Shown: positions 11,656 through 23,542, numbered from the whole stretch's first letter. The stretch: 63,316 bases of DNA, filler included, from Octopus bimaculoides (GCF_001194135.2; 5 parts of 5 records of this genome joined end to end with filler, not necessarily neighbours in it), one strand, 5' to 3'. The notes: generated from the letters alone by a model not told the origin. Numbers and translations: made by a program.

Positions 11656-12531
11656 GCTAACTACTTGATAAATTATTATAAAGATTTTATCCTATATTTA
11701 AATTGTAAATTTAACCAGAATTTATTCAGTGCTGAATTTTATTCTGAATGAAAATGTGTGCCGAGATACAATTTGAAAAGCCCGCCTCTTACAAGGATAT
11801 ATAAGTGTGAACAATTTCTATGTACTATGCTGGATACATGTTCGTCTGGTATGTTGATTTTTGTGTATTTTTTATATGTCTTGACTATGCTTGCACTGAC
11901 GATTAAAAAAGTGAATTTTGTGCACTAATTATGAAATCATATGATATGCAGCTAAGTCTGGTTTTAAAAGGCTCGCTTCGAGAGTTGCATTCCCTCGCGT
12001 TACTCATTTAAATAAGTAGAGGCTCCTTTTGAAGGCAAGGATTTTAGTTGTACATTTATGTGGAAGGAGTATTGTGTAGTGATTTGTATCTTGATGTTGT
12101 TGAAGAAAGAATTGGTTATTTAACCCCTAAAGTTTATCAGCAGACACTAATGACCACTCTCTTCAAATTGGAATATCTGCTAATGAATTGTTAAAGGTGT
12201 TGAGTTTACAGCTGTCTGCTACTAAACATGTTACCAACCATTTAACTAAGAATTTCCTGGAGCTGGTCTGATTCAGCTTGACGGAGAAAGATTAATTAAT
12301 GTGTCATTTTGACAGTGTTTGAACTTTGGGGTCCAACTCTAACTTTAGTTTTTATAGCTACTCTGATTCTGTTGCCTACACTTTCTATAGTGGTGGCATA
12401 AAATGTGTGACCCGCTTGCAATTTCTGATCATAGCTCTTCCTTTCCTTTAGACTGTGATATATATTTGAAAACTTGTCTTCTATCACCTGTAGCTGAGAG
12501 GACTGACTAGTCTTTGAATTCTTTTATTTAA

Positions 12532-12752
12532 CCCTTTAGCATTTAGACCAACCATATCAGGCCCAAATATTTTACATTTCTTATGTTTAAACTGGCCAGA
12601 TTTGGCCTTTTTATACCTACCCTACAATGTCATTTTAAAAAATATATAATCACATCATTGAAATCTGAAGCTATGAGATAATGCATAATTAATAGAAAAC
12701 AATGTGAATAAAAAAATATTACATTTGACTGTGTAATATGAGTACTAAAGTG
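12532..12752. mobile_element. TTAA-flanked piggyBac-type MITE (second family, right end decayed)
   Basis: TTAA (12528-12531) CCCTTTAGCA ... TACTAAAGTG ttga: degenerate inverted end. Confidence 0.6.
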
Positions 12753-13666
12753 TTGAATGTTCATTTACTTTTGAGTTAGTCAAGATGGGGTTGGGGTCAG
12801 TGCCTACAAGAAAATAGGCAAAGAAGCCATTGCAAATATAGCCATTTACCAACCAGTCAACTGTCTGTGCATAGACATAAGCAGTTAGCCACTGAGAGCC
12901 CCACCTGAGCCCTGCAGGAGGCCATCAGTTGACGAGTAAAAGCATCCACTAACTTTGAAATGGAAACCTTGTCCCTGGATGCAGTTTTAGCAATGCATGT
13001 GCAGTTGCTGGTAAATAGTACTTTTCTAATCTTAATTTTTCTTCTCTTTCCAGGTCTCCTCCTCTATAATGAGACACAGAATGCAGCAGACTTATTTTCC
13101 AAAATCTAATTTATCATCAGTAATTTATGAGGAAAGAAGCACCAGTTGACTTAGTTAATGACCAATGAATTCTCCATAAATATTGATCCAATGCCAAAAT
13201 GGATGGAAACTTATTTGTTCCTACTTTGAAAGACTTGATTTTTCTATCTTTTTAACCATTCTGCCTCCATTCTCTGTTTGGAATATGAGAAAATCTAATA
13301 ACGTCAAACCATTGCTAATGGTCTTTGGTCTTCTTTTAAATTATTTTCTCTTGGCTGTCTTGGAATATATTGTTCTTCAAAATTTATATATTGTATGGTA
13401 CTTTGAAATGGCCAAAGCAAAATTTTAGAAACAATGTGAAGATTTATTTGTGTTGCTCACTTCTTTTTATGTCTAACATTGTGGCTTTTATATGGTTGTC
13501 TGAAATATCAAGTATTGAAGCATCTGAGAATGATTCGGTCCACTTTTACTGGTGCTAAACATTCCTGCTGCACATATGGAAGAAATGTGACTGTTACCGT
13601 TAATTGACTAACTTGGAGAAATTTCATTCAACTCCTGTTGTAACTAATTTAAAAAACAGAGAAATA

Positions 13667-13973
13667 TATAGTCTGATCAATAAGTATGCGGACTGTTGCT
13701 ATAGTAACAAAGCTAAAGCACAGAGAGTGAAGTCACTTGGCACAAATTGACCTTGAATTCTGTTGTGTATGTATACTAAGTTTTAACATTCTTGCTCACT
13801 TCCGCTGTTTACAGCAGTGCTTGGAAGAAAGGTGTGTAGTGTGAGCTAGAATGTTAAAACTTAGTGCACATGCACAGCAGAGTTCAAGGTTTATCTGTGC
13901 CAAGCGGTTTCACTCTGTGTGTTTTAGCTTCGTTACTATGGCAACAGTCCCAATACTTATTGATCAGACATTG
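13667..13973. mobile_element. mariner-type foldback MITE (~307 bp, ~130-bp imperfect arms, TA flanks)
   Basis: TA-TATAGTCTGATCAATAAGTATGCGGACTG.. versus ..CAGTCCCAATACTTATTGATCAGACATTG-TA; arms remain complementary to about 13800 and 13840. Confidence 0.85.
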
Positions 13974-15065
13974 TAAATTTGCCATAAATGGTAGGATGCT
14001 GATCTAAAAACCATGTGTGAATCAAGTTTCACAGAATTCCTTGTCTTTTAATTGAATCCCTTTACCTTCTGAGATTGGATTCTACCAAGGTCAGCTTTGC
14101 TTTTCATTCTTCCGATGTTGATATAATCAATTACAACTCCCATTCTCACTCACAAAAAGTGTACTTTTTTACATTTTAATTAACATGTACATTTAGTCCA
14201 TACTCAACTTTCATCGATATTTGCACCCTATATCATGTTCAAAACAAGTCAATATTTATAAACTGAATTATTTTAATTGTATAATTTCACTGACAAATTT
14301 TTCTTGTTGATTATTATCCCAATTTAAATTTAAAATTTTGTTACAATGTTTTTTTTTTATTTGTTGTTTTATTCTTTTTTTTATTAATTGTTTACTAATA
14401 TCAGCAATGCTTTTAAATTCCTATACGTAGAACATTTGAAGGACTTTGGTTCAGGCATTTTAATTTTATTTATTACTTCATAAGATTTGTGTGACCAAAA
14501 AGTACACAGTTTCTTTATATATACATTACTAACAAAAGGTCTTAAGACCATCCTGAAATATTAATGTCCAGCTTCATGCAGGATTTAGATCATAAAATTC
14601 CAAAATAACAACTATATACTTTTTCAATATGTTATTTAGCTGCACAGTACTAAAACAATCAGAAATTTGATTCTTCAAAGTGACCTTTCAGTAAAATGGC
14701 TACTGACATTTAGTAGTTACAATTTCCTTGTTGAGTGTGGCAGAACCTGAAAATAATCTGACGTTTTGCTGTTGCAGTTCGTGTTGCATACAAATGGCAC
14801 AGATGTCACTGAAACATTTACTTTAACTTTTGAGGTGGGACAGGCCGGAAGTAGAACTGTTGAATATACAGAAAAAGGAATAGATGAGAATTCCAAGCAG
14901 TATCTAATGTAAAGCAGGGTATAAAAGAACAAGTCTTTGTTAACTGAATCCTTCTGTCTTGCGGATTTAACATCTCTGTTAGAAAGGATGTTGAAGCTGC
15001 AAAAAACTTGCTTTGGAACCTTTTTGGCTGAATCTCATAAAAAAATTCTATCACTATTTTTAGGC

Positions 15066-15642
15066 ACAGACTTTGCTGTGTGGTTGAAAAGCTTGCTTCA
15101 GAAACATGGTCTTGGGTTCATCCCACTGTGTGGCTTTTGGGTCTTCTGCTAGTCCTAGGCTGATGAAAGCCTTGCGAATGGATATGGTAGATGGACTGAA
15201 AAAAGCCCATGGTATATATATATATATAGTGCAAGAGAGTTAGGGGTTGAGGATTCAATCCACTAAGGGATAGTATCTATCCAACTGGGAGGGTACCCAA
15301 TTATTGTTACACTAGTGTTATACCAAGTGTAATAAGTGGGTGTGGGTAAAAGGGGGTTATTTTACCCTAAATTTATATACCGCATATTCTCCTCCATTTT
15401 CTTATTGCTATATATATATATATATACACACTCACACGTGTGTTTGTCTCCCATCAAAGCTTAACGACTTGTGTTGGTTTGTTCATGTTTCCATAACTTC
15501 ACAGTTTGTTGAAGGTAACTGACAGAATAAGTACTAGGATTTAAGAAAATAAGTCCTGTAGTCAATTTATTTGACTAAAACACATCAAGGCAGTGCCCCA
15601 GCGTGGCCACAGTCCAATGACTGAAATGGGTAAAAGATAAAA
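15066..15642 (+). mobile_element. Diverged family-1 SINE interrupted by an insertion (~15229-15408) in its internal TA tract
   Basis: Recognisable head (gctgtgtggttgaaaagcttgc..gggttcatcccactgtgtggc) and tail (cagtccaatgactgaaatgggtaaaagataaaa); unrelated 180 bp between two (TA)n runs. Confidence 0.7.
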
Positions 15643-15984
15643 TGTGTATTTTGATAATTGTTTTTGTTGTTTTACATGTACTGGTTTGTTTGAGACTGCT
15701 TTCTAACAAAACAATATGGATGTGATACGATCTGTTTGAATCTGTGTAGTCTTCCTGTAGGCATGAAAGCATGTAAATTGAAGCACGAGTCAGCTGGAGA
15801 AAAAAATATGCAGAAGGGAACACTTACAGTATTATCTGGTGTGCAAAGAAATGTTGATTCAAACATCCAGTTACAGGTGTCACCTTATTAAATTTTATTT
15901 ACTATATAAACCTTGTTCCGTTTATTTGAAATTAGCCTCATAAACCATCAGCAGTGAACTTCCAAATCACTGTCAATGATAGTC

Positions 15985-16960
15985 AGATGGGGCCAAATCA
16001 GGAAAATTCAGAGTGATCAACTAGTTCAAAGTCACAGTCATGCACAGCAGCCATTGAAACCAAGGACTTGTGTGCTGGAGCATTGTCTTTGCGAAATAAG
16101 TTCCTCTTCATTAGTTTTTCTGATTGTTTGGTCTTGATAGACTTTCATCAGCAAGTTGGCATAGTATTCTTCATTGATGATGTGACCCTTTTGAAGTTAG
16201 TCAATAGACAACACCATGCCTTTTGCATCTCCCAAAAGTCAGGCCATCACTTCCCTTGCAAATGAAACGATCCTGGCCTTCTCTGGAGCAGGTGAGGTGT
16301 GTTTCCACTACATTGAGCAGGTGAGGTGTGTTTCCAGTACATTTGAGTCTCTGGCTCAAAGTGGTGAAACCAACACTCTTCCTGTGTTAGGAAACATTCA
16401 AGGAAGCCAACTGGATCAGCCTCAGATTTTTCAGTGATGTGATCAGGTGTCAGAAGCTGTGACACCCACTGAGCAGAAACCTTTGTCATCAATTTTATTG
16501 TGCAGAATATTCTCAACTCTCTCACGGGATATACAAACAGCATTGGGTATTTGATTTATAGTCAATCGCCTGTCATCTATCACCATGAACGTTTTCTTTA
16601 ATGGTGGCAGTTGCAGGACGTCTAGACCCTGGCTCATCTTCAAGACTCTCCTTTCCCATCCTGAATTCAGCTGTCCATTTTTACACAGTTGATAAAGCTA
16701 GAGTATCATCCCCTAATGTAGCAACCATGTCAACTTGAATATCCTTGGAGGCATTTGATTACATGACGATGCCATATATTTTGTCGATTTTCATGAGAAG
16801 TCGCTACTAGTTACTCTTGAAGTCTTCTTTGAATAGTCAGAGGTGAGTCTAATAACTATGCAGTTATTAATAAGAAGTGTTGAAATTAATGCATACAAGG
16901 TTTCATAGCTCTAGCATCACTCCTTCATTGTTAACCTATGAACTTTTTAGCCAACCCTTG
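15985..16960 (-). mobile_element. mariner (D,D34D-type) transposon relic with 5' TIR; transposase frameshifted, 3' end lost
   Basis: ESLEDEPGSRRPAT..DRRLTINQI..KVSAQWV..CWFHHFEPET..GKVMA..KDNAPAHKSLVSMAAV..DLAPSDYH; terminus CAAGGGTTGGCTAAAAAGTTCATAGG at 16960; 29-bp internal tandem duplication near 16305-16365. Confidence 0.9.
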
Positions 16961-16976
16961 TGGGCGCGGCATGTCC

Positions 16977-18190
16977 ACCGCCAACTATTTCAAGAGTGTA
17001 ATGAGTGCTTTTTACGTGCCACCACCATGGGCGCCAGTTACGTGACACCGGCATCGGCCACAACTACGATTTCACTCGGCTTTAGTCTATTCAAGCACGG
17101 CATATCGCCAAAGGTCTCTCACTTATCACCTCTGTGAGACGCAACGTTCGAAAGGTGCTTTTTACACACCACTGTTACGAGACACCGGCATCGGCCACGA
17201 CTACAGTTTCACTTGGCTTGACGGGTCTTCTCAAGCACAGTCTATCGTCAAAGGTCTTGGTCACTTGTCATTGCCTCCGTGAGGCCCAACGTTCAATGAT
17301 CGTGCTTCACTACCTCGCCCCATGTCTTCCTGAGTCTACCTCTTCCTCAGGCTTCCTTCACAGAGATCAACACTTTTTTTACACAGCTCTCCTCGTCCAT
17401 GCGCATCACTTGATCATATCAGCGCAGTCATATCTGATGCCCCTCATGTTCAGCTTTTCTCTCAAGACGCTTACAATGTTGTACATGCGCACTGACATTG
17501 CATTTCCAACGAAACATACTAGCTTCATTTCTTTCAAGCCTACGCATGTCCTTGGCAGTCACAGCCCATATTTCACTGCCGTGTAGCATGGCTGTTCGCA
17601 CATAGGTTTCATACAGTCTACCTTTCACTTTGACGGAGAGGCCCTTTGTTACCTAGAGAAGGAGCTCTGAACTTTGCCCAGCCTACTTTTATTTTTGCAG
17701 CTACGCTCTCGGAGCATCCACCTCCACTAATAATTTCGTCACCTAGATAACAGAAGTCATCAACTACTAGCTTCCTCCACTGGCATTTGATAAAGTCTAT
17801 TTTCTGTACGTTTTTAGTGTTTACTGTACCTGTGCACTTTCCACACGTAAAAACTAATTTCCCTGTTAACTTTCCTCTGATATTGCTGCACCTCTTATGT
17901 GTCCATAGCTTACACCGAGTACATCTTATAGAGTTTCTACCGACGCTTTTTCTACATATCGAGCAAGACAATGTACCTGAAGGAAATTGTGATTTGTCCG
18001 CTTTCCTACTTAGTGAGACTGGTTTTTGCTTAATTAACTCCAAGGCTCTTGCTTCCATACCCGAAATAACGTCTTCAGTTCTGGAAGTGATTCGGTTATA
18101 AGAGCTAAGTCATCAGTATAGAGGAGCTCCCAGGGGCAGCCCGTCCTCTGTTATTACCTGGAGGACTATGATGAACAAGAGAGGGTTAAG
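16977..18190 (-). mobile_element. RTE-clade LINE 3' portion (RT YADD region, PHD finger, thumb, 3' UTR with ~140-bp duplication); same family as 1-1650
   Basis: GCPWELLY.DDL near 18110-18145; CSICRKSVGRNSIRCTRCKLWTHKRC..FTCGKC..VVDDFCYLGD..GGGCSESV (17618-18058); KGRLYETYVRTAMLHGSEIW (17428-17628); 3' UTR motif ggtggcacgtaaaaag shared with 7730-8430. Confidence 0.92.
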
Positions 18191-18404
18191 GACTGATCAA
18201 ACTTTTTTATTTGTTGATTAACAAGTCTACCATCGTTTTCATGTTGAGAATTCTCAGCAATTATCATACCTACCACATGGGATATTGGTATTCGTCTCCA
18301 TCTTGGATTAGAATGCAACAAAGCTTCACGAGACTGCGGAATTTTGATGAAAGAAAATAATATACAGATCAGGGAATTCAACTCTTAATTGTTATCTCCC
18401 TTGC

Positions 18405-18560
18405 ATTAGTTCTAGCCTGAAAGACCACAGCCAATTTTACGAAAAGATCCAACTGTAGATCAAAGCGAAATAGGTATCATTAGCAAATCTATGTTAGACG
18501 ACATCGTACGACACATCAGAGCCCCTTCAAATGGACGCAATGGACATATAACAGCGCAAC
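18405..18560 (+). mobile_element. Short relic of a PLE reverse-transcriptase N-terminal region
   Basis: Frameshifted LKDH..ANFTKRSNCR..KSEIGIISKSMLDDIVRHIR resembles the LKDHKxNF..CRLINPAKSEIG.ISK motif of invertebrate PLE RTs (recalled, not searched). Confidence 0.5.
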
Positions 18561-19291
18561 AAAGGATTATTCTTCTGTGGCAAGAGAAAAGTGATTTATT
18601 TATCAACGTCTAAAAAACCCACCTTGAGCACTTTCCTCTTCACTGTCCAGTGTCCTGGGGCAGAAACAACATAAGCAACTCCTGTGCACCAGGTCTTTCT
18701 GATGTTTGGCCATCTTTCAGAAGACATCCAACTCTGGATGTCAATGTCAATTGTGCTAAAGTCCCCGTCCCATCGTATAGTCACTGCCAAAGGAGATGTG
18801 CTTTTACAACTTCTCACCTCAGTATGTTGGATCAAAGAAGTATCATGTAGTTTTGGGTTAAGTAACTTATATGATTACTGCTTTCCCAGATAAACACCAC
18901 AATTCCCAATCAAAACAGGAATTGTAGGCTAAATGATGAGGCAACTAGCTATCGTTACAGCATTATGTGCGCCAAAATTCATCCAGCACTCAACAAACTG
19001 TCATAATCGGAAACATCTGCGCTCTTATCGGAATTGTGCTCCGAACTAGCGTTGGACCTGGGATATAGTGTTTCAATGTTAAGATTCAGAGCAAACTCTA
19101 CGTTCTTGTATTGCAGTGATTGATCGCAAGTATAAAGAAATGTTACATCCGTAAATCGGGTCTCGATGATTCCTCAAAGGGATCAGACCTTGTGAGCCAT
19201 AGGTTTGCAGAGTTTACAAAGAAGTTTGAAGATGATTGTTGAAGTATTTTCGACGTTGTCATACTTCAAAGCAATCCATTCAGTGAGTGAA

Positions 19292-19560
19292 AACGCGTGG
19301 CTTAGTGGTTAGAGTATCCAGGTCACGATCATAAGGTCATAAAGTCGTGAGTTCGATTCCCGGTAGCATATTGTGTCCTTAGGCAAGACACTTTATTTCT
19401 CTTTGCTTCAATCCACTCAGTTGGTAAAAATGAGTTGTATGCTGAATCTCCTTGAGAACTACGTTAAAGGTACGCGTGTCTGTAGAGTGCTCAGCCACTT
19501 GCACGTTAATTTCACGAGCAGGCTGTTCCGTTGATCGGATCAACAAAGAACCCTCGTCGG
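19292..19560 (+). mobile_element. tRNA-derived SINE, family 3
   Basis: A box TGGCTTAGTGG, B box AGTTCGATTCC, central gtgtccttaggcaagacactt, 3' part ..gcacgttaatttcacgagcaggctgttccgttgatcggatcaac. Confidence 0.75.
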
Positions 19561-20059
19561 ACAGCCAAGCAAGCCATTCGGTGAATACTGAAATAAAGGC
19601 AACAGTCAATATCTTAATGGATTTCATAATCAAAGTAATTGGAGACAATTAAGAGACTTCTGTGTTTGAGAAAAAGGCGTATATAATCCGCTTGTAAGTC
19701 TAGGTCTCCTATAATAATACCACATCTTCAATGCGACATACATATCCATTTCATTTATTCAAGGATAAAGCATTGATCTTGAAATAATGATTAAAACAAG
19801 AAAATAGATTAGAAGAAATAACAGAGATGACCATGTAGAGACAGGAAAACTTGTACATATAGTTAGAGGTATGTCGGGTCAAGTCCATTAACGTTAGAGC
19901 TGACAAATGGTGCTGTAATACTAAATAGTAGTAGGTGGATGACTGTCAACACATTTTGGCTACACCATTCGACAATAACTAGAATGCGTTAAGAGTCAAA
20001 CGACATTTCTGTACTTTTAGCTAACTTTGTTTTTAAATCCCGCGTGGCTTCGAGACACC

Positions 20060-20272
20060 AGTTTTCGAATGTTGATTTCAAATTTTGGCAGTTTCGGGGT
20101 AAGTCGATTACATCGACCCCAATGTCTAACTTGGTACTTATTTTATGGACCCCTAAAGGATGAAATGCAAAGTCGACTTCTGCGGAATTTGAACTCAGAC
20201 CGAAAAAGACAGGCGAAATGTCGTTAAGCATTTTTCCCCGGCGTGCTGATGTTACTGCCAGCTCTCCGCTTT
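20060..20272 (-). mobile_element. tRNA-derived SINE, family 4 (Nin-domain-like)
   Basis: Reverse complement: gagctggcagtaacatcagcacgccggg..gagttcaaattccgcagaagtcgactttgcatttcatcctttaggggtccataaaataagtaccaag; matches 36491 and 38344. Confidence 0.75.
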
Positions 20273-20844
20273 CTGCTTTTCTAATATTGAGGATGGTTGA
20301 AAATATGCCCAATCAGGGGTTTCTTTTGAGGTCTTTGCTTGAATCGTTGGTCTCCAAGTTCCCTAGTGGCTTTGTGCTACTCTGTACGAGATTTAGTATG
20401 GAGGGTTTCTAGAGTCGGATAGAAGGCTACCAGAGATTGAGAGGGTTGTTTCATGAATGGCTGTGGATACTTAATTATATTGTTAATAGAAGATAAAATA
20501 AATGGTAAGACAGAAAAAGAATACCCAGAAGTAGGTAAGTGAATAATAACAAGAATTGGACAGACTCAAAACCCTAAAGCCTAAACACCGGGTGTGCGTA
20601 TTTTTTACCTTCGCCGACAGTTGTTAAGGAAGATTTTCTACGGTTGGATGCCTTTCCTGTCGCCAGATCTCATCTGTTTCTAAGCAAAGTAATGCTTCCC
20701 CAGGGCCAGACATATTCAAGAATTATTAGCCTTTGTCAGAGCGATGTATAATCTTATTTCGTATTTACCAGACTTGTGTGTGCGCGTTTATGTACACACA
20801 TTTGTGATGGTATTCTTCTCAAAGTATTCAGTTCAGTCCGAGTG

Positions 20845-20945
20845 TATGGTGGAAAAAAAAAATTGCCCAAGCTACCACGCAGTGGAATCGAACATGGAAC
20901 CACATAGTTACGAAGCAAACATCTTAACCACACACCCATGTTTGG
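20845..20945 (-). mobile_element. Decayed family-1 SINE head
   Basis: Reverse complement gggtgtgtggttaagatgtttgcttcgtaactatgtggttccatgttcgattccactgcgtggtagcttgggcaa. Confidence 0.6.
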
Positions 20946-21837
20946 CAGCTTTTAGACCTTAAATTTTGTATGAATTGTAATTTTATTTAAACTTAATGTA
21001 CGCCAAAGTGTTACTCCAAATAATCGCTAAAGCGAAACTGGGACCTCATTCCAGATCCCAGTTTGAACCGAAGTCTAAGAAATTCAGATCGTGGGCCACA
21101 AGGACACAAAAAACTTTAGATTCTAATCTTGCTCACTACGNNNNNNNNNNNNNNNNNNNNNNNNNNNNNNNNNNNNNNNNNNNNNNNNNNNNNNNNNNNN
21201 NNNNNNNNNNNNNNNNNNNNNNNNNNNNNNNNNNNNNNNNNNNNNNNNNNNNNNNNNNNNNNNNNNNNNNNNNNNNNNNNNNNNNNNNNNNNNNNNNNNN
21301 NNNNNNNNNNNNNNNNNNNNNNNNNNNNNNNNNNNNNNNNNNNNNNNNNNNNNNNNNNNNNNNNNNNNNNNNNNNNNNNNNNNNNNNNNNNNNNNNNNNN
21401 NNNNNNNNNNNNNNNNNNNNNNNNNNNNNNNNNNNNNNNNNNNNNNNNNNNNNNNNNNNNNNNNNNNNNNNNNNNNNNNNNNNNNNNNNNNNNNNNNNNN
21501 NNNNNNNNNNNNNNNNNNNNNNNNNNNNNNNNNNNNNNNNNNNNNNNNNNNNNNNNNNNNNNNNNNNNNNNNNNNNNNNNNNNNNNNNNNNNNNNNNNNN
21601 NNNNNNNNNNNNNNNNNNNNNNNNNNNNNNNNNNNNNNNNNNNNNNNNNNNNNNNNNNNNNNNNNNNNNNNNNNNNNNNNNNNNNNNNNNNNNNNNNNNN
21701 NNNNNNNNNNNNNNNNNNNNNNNNNNNNNNNNNNNNNNNNNNNNNNNNNNNNNNNNNNNNNNNNNNNNNNNNNNNNNNNNNNNNNNNNNNNNNNNNNNNN
21801 NNNNNNNNNNNNNNNNNNNNNNNNNNNNNNNNNNNNN

Positions 21838-21922
21838 GGGATCGATTTGCTCGACTAAAAGGCGGTGCTCCAGCATGGCCACAGTCGAAAGACTGAAACA
21901 AGTAAAAGAGTAAAAGAGTATA
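21838..21922 (+). mobile_element. Family-1 SINE 3' tail (remainder in N gap)
   Basis: gggatcgatttgctcgactaaaaggcggtgctccagcatggccacagtc..gaaacaagtaaaagagtaaaagag. Confidence 0.85.
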
Positions 21923-21924
21923 TA

Positions 21925-22462
21925 CAGGGTTATTCAAAAAGAATGACCCGATTTCATTACGCAATATTCTAATAAGGAAAAGCAATAGAAACCTCCAGCT
22001 AAGTCACAAGTATTTACTCACAATCAACTTTTATTTCCTGTCTTACAAGTGATCAATGTGGTCACCACCTGCAGCACGGGTAACATCAATGCGATAAGAG
22101 AATTCCTCCCAGACCCGTATCAGCATATCACGATTCACTGAGTTGAACGCTGTTATTCGATGTTTAAGGTAATTGAGTTTAGTAGGTAACGGTGGAACAT
22201 AACGCGATCTTTTACATATCCCCACAAGAAAAAATCACTCACGGTGGATCACACACTCAGTGGATTGTGATATTCTGAGAGGAATTCTCTTATCGCATTG
22301 ATGTTGCCCGTGCTGCAGGTGGTGGCCACATTGAACACTTGTAAGACAGGAAATAAAAGTTGATTGTGAGTAAATACTTGTGACTTAGCTGGAGTTTTCT
22401 ATTGCTTTTCCATATTAAAATATTGAGTAATGAAATCGGTTCATTCTTTTTGAATAACCCTG
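21925..22462. mobile_element. Tc1/mariner-derived palindromic element: ~185-bp inverted arms, TA duplication, transposase C-terminal remnant
   Basis: TA-CAGGGTTATTCAAAAAGAATG ... CATTCTTTTTGAATAACCCTG-TA; minus strand encodes SDFFLWGYVKDRVYVPPLPTKL..RVWEEFSYRIDVTRAAGGDHIDHL*. Confidence 0.92.
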
Positions 22463-23278
22463 TATATATAAACACACACACATTTATGTGTGTCTTCTAA
22501 GCTGCAATCGTTTTAGTTTCGACACAATCTCAGGTCAAATCTCTTTGCGGACAAGTATACCTCTCTCTCTCTCTCTCNNNNNNNNNNNNNNNNNNNNNNN
22601 NNNNNNNNNNNNNNNNNNNNNNNNNNNNNNNNNNNNNNNNNNNNNNNNNNNNNNNNNNNNNNNNNNNNNNNNNNNNNNNNNNNNNNNNNNNNNNNNNNNN
22701 NNNNNNNNNNNNNNNNNNNNNNNNNNNNNNNNNNNNNNNNNNNNNNNNNNNNNNNNNNNNNNNNNNNNNNNNNNNNNNNNNNNNNNNNNNNNNNNNNNNN
22801 NNNNNNNNNNNNNNNNNNNNNNNNNNNNNNNNNNNNNNNNNNNNNNNNNNNNNNNNNNNNNNNNNNNNNNNNNNNNNNNNNNNNNNNNNNNNNNNNNNNN
22901 NNNNNNNNNNNNNNNNNNNNNNNNNNNNNNNNNNNNNNNNNNNNNNNNNNNNNNNNNNNNNNNNNNNNNNNNNNNNNNNNNNNNNNNNNNNNNNNNNNNN
23001 NNNNNNNNNNNNNNNNNNNNNNNNNNNNNNNNNNNNNNNNNNNNNNNNNNNNNNNNNNNNNNNNNNNNNNNNNNNNNNNNNNNNNNNNNNNNNNNNNNNN
23101 NNNNNNNNNNNNNNNNNNNNNNNNNNNNNNNNNNNNNNNNNNNNNNNNNNNNNNNNNNNNNNNNNNNNNNNNNNNNNNNNNNNNNNNNNNNNNNNNNNNN
23201 NNNNNNNNNNNNNNNNNNNNNNNNNNNNNNNNNNNNNNNNNNNNNNNNNNNNNNNNNNNNNNNNNNNNNNNNNNNNNN

Positions 23279-23542
23279 NAAATTATACTTTGTAATATTA
23301 AGAATTAAAATTTATAAATTATACTTTGTAATATTAAGAATTAAAATTTATAAATTATACTTTGTAATATTAAGAATTAAAATTTATAAATTATACATTA
23401 TAAATATGAATTAGTATATATATCAACCTTGTAAAGTCAAGTATATAATGTCAAATACTTTACAAGGTTGATATATATACTAATTCATATTTACAATGTA
23501 TAATTTATAAATTTTAATTCTTAATATTACAAAGTATAATTT
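23279..23542. repeat. 36-bp AT-rich tandem repeat (x3) running into an ~86-bp-arm foldback (23352-23542)
   Basis: Unit aattatactttgtaatattaagaattaaaatttata; arm ..tatatcaaccttgtaaagt / 19-nt loop / actttacaaggttgatata.. Confidence 0.9.

Noticed and set aside
12296-12487. 63-aa minus-strand ORF after a possible acceptor
   Set aside because: No recognisable homology; the length is within chance expectation.
19640-19830. Possible GIY-YIG remnant on the minus strand
   Set aside because: Only a vague IIG-like match; too decayed to call.
20996-23414. 250-310 aa ORFs in the track (also near 27 kb, 33 kb, 41-44 kb, 45 kb and 52 kb)
   Set aside because: Open only because they run through N gaps; the called parts are dinucleotide repeats or SINE sequence.
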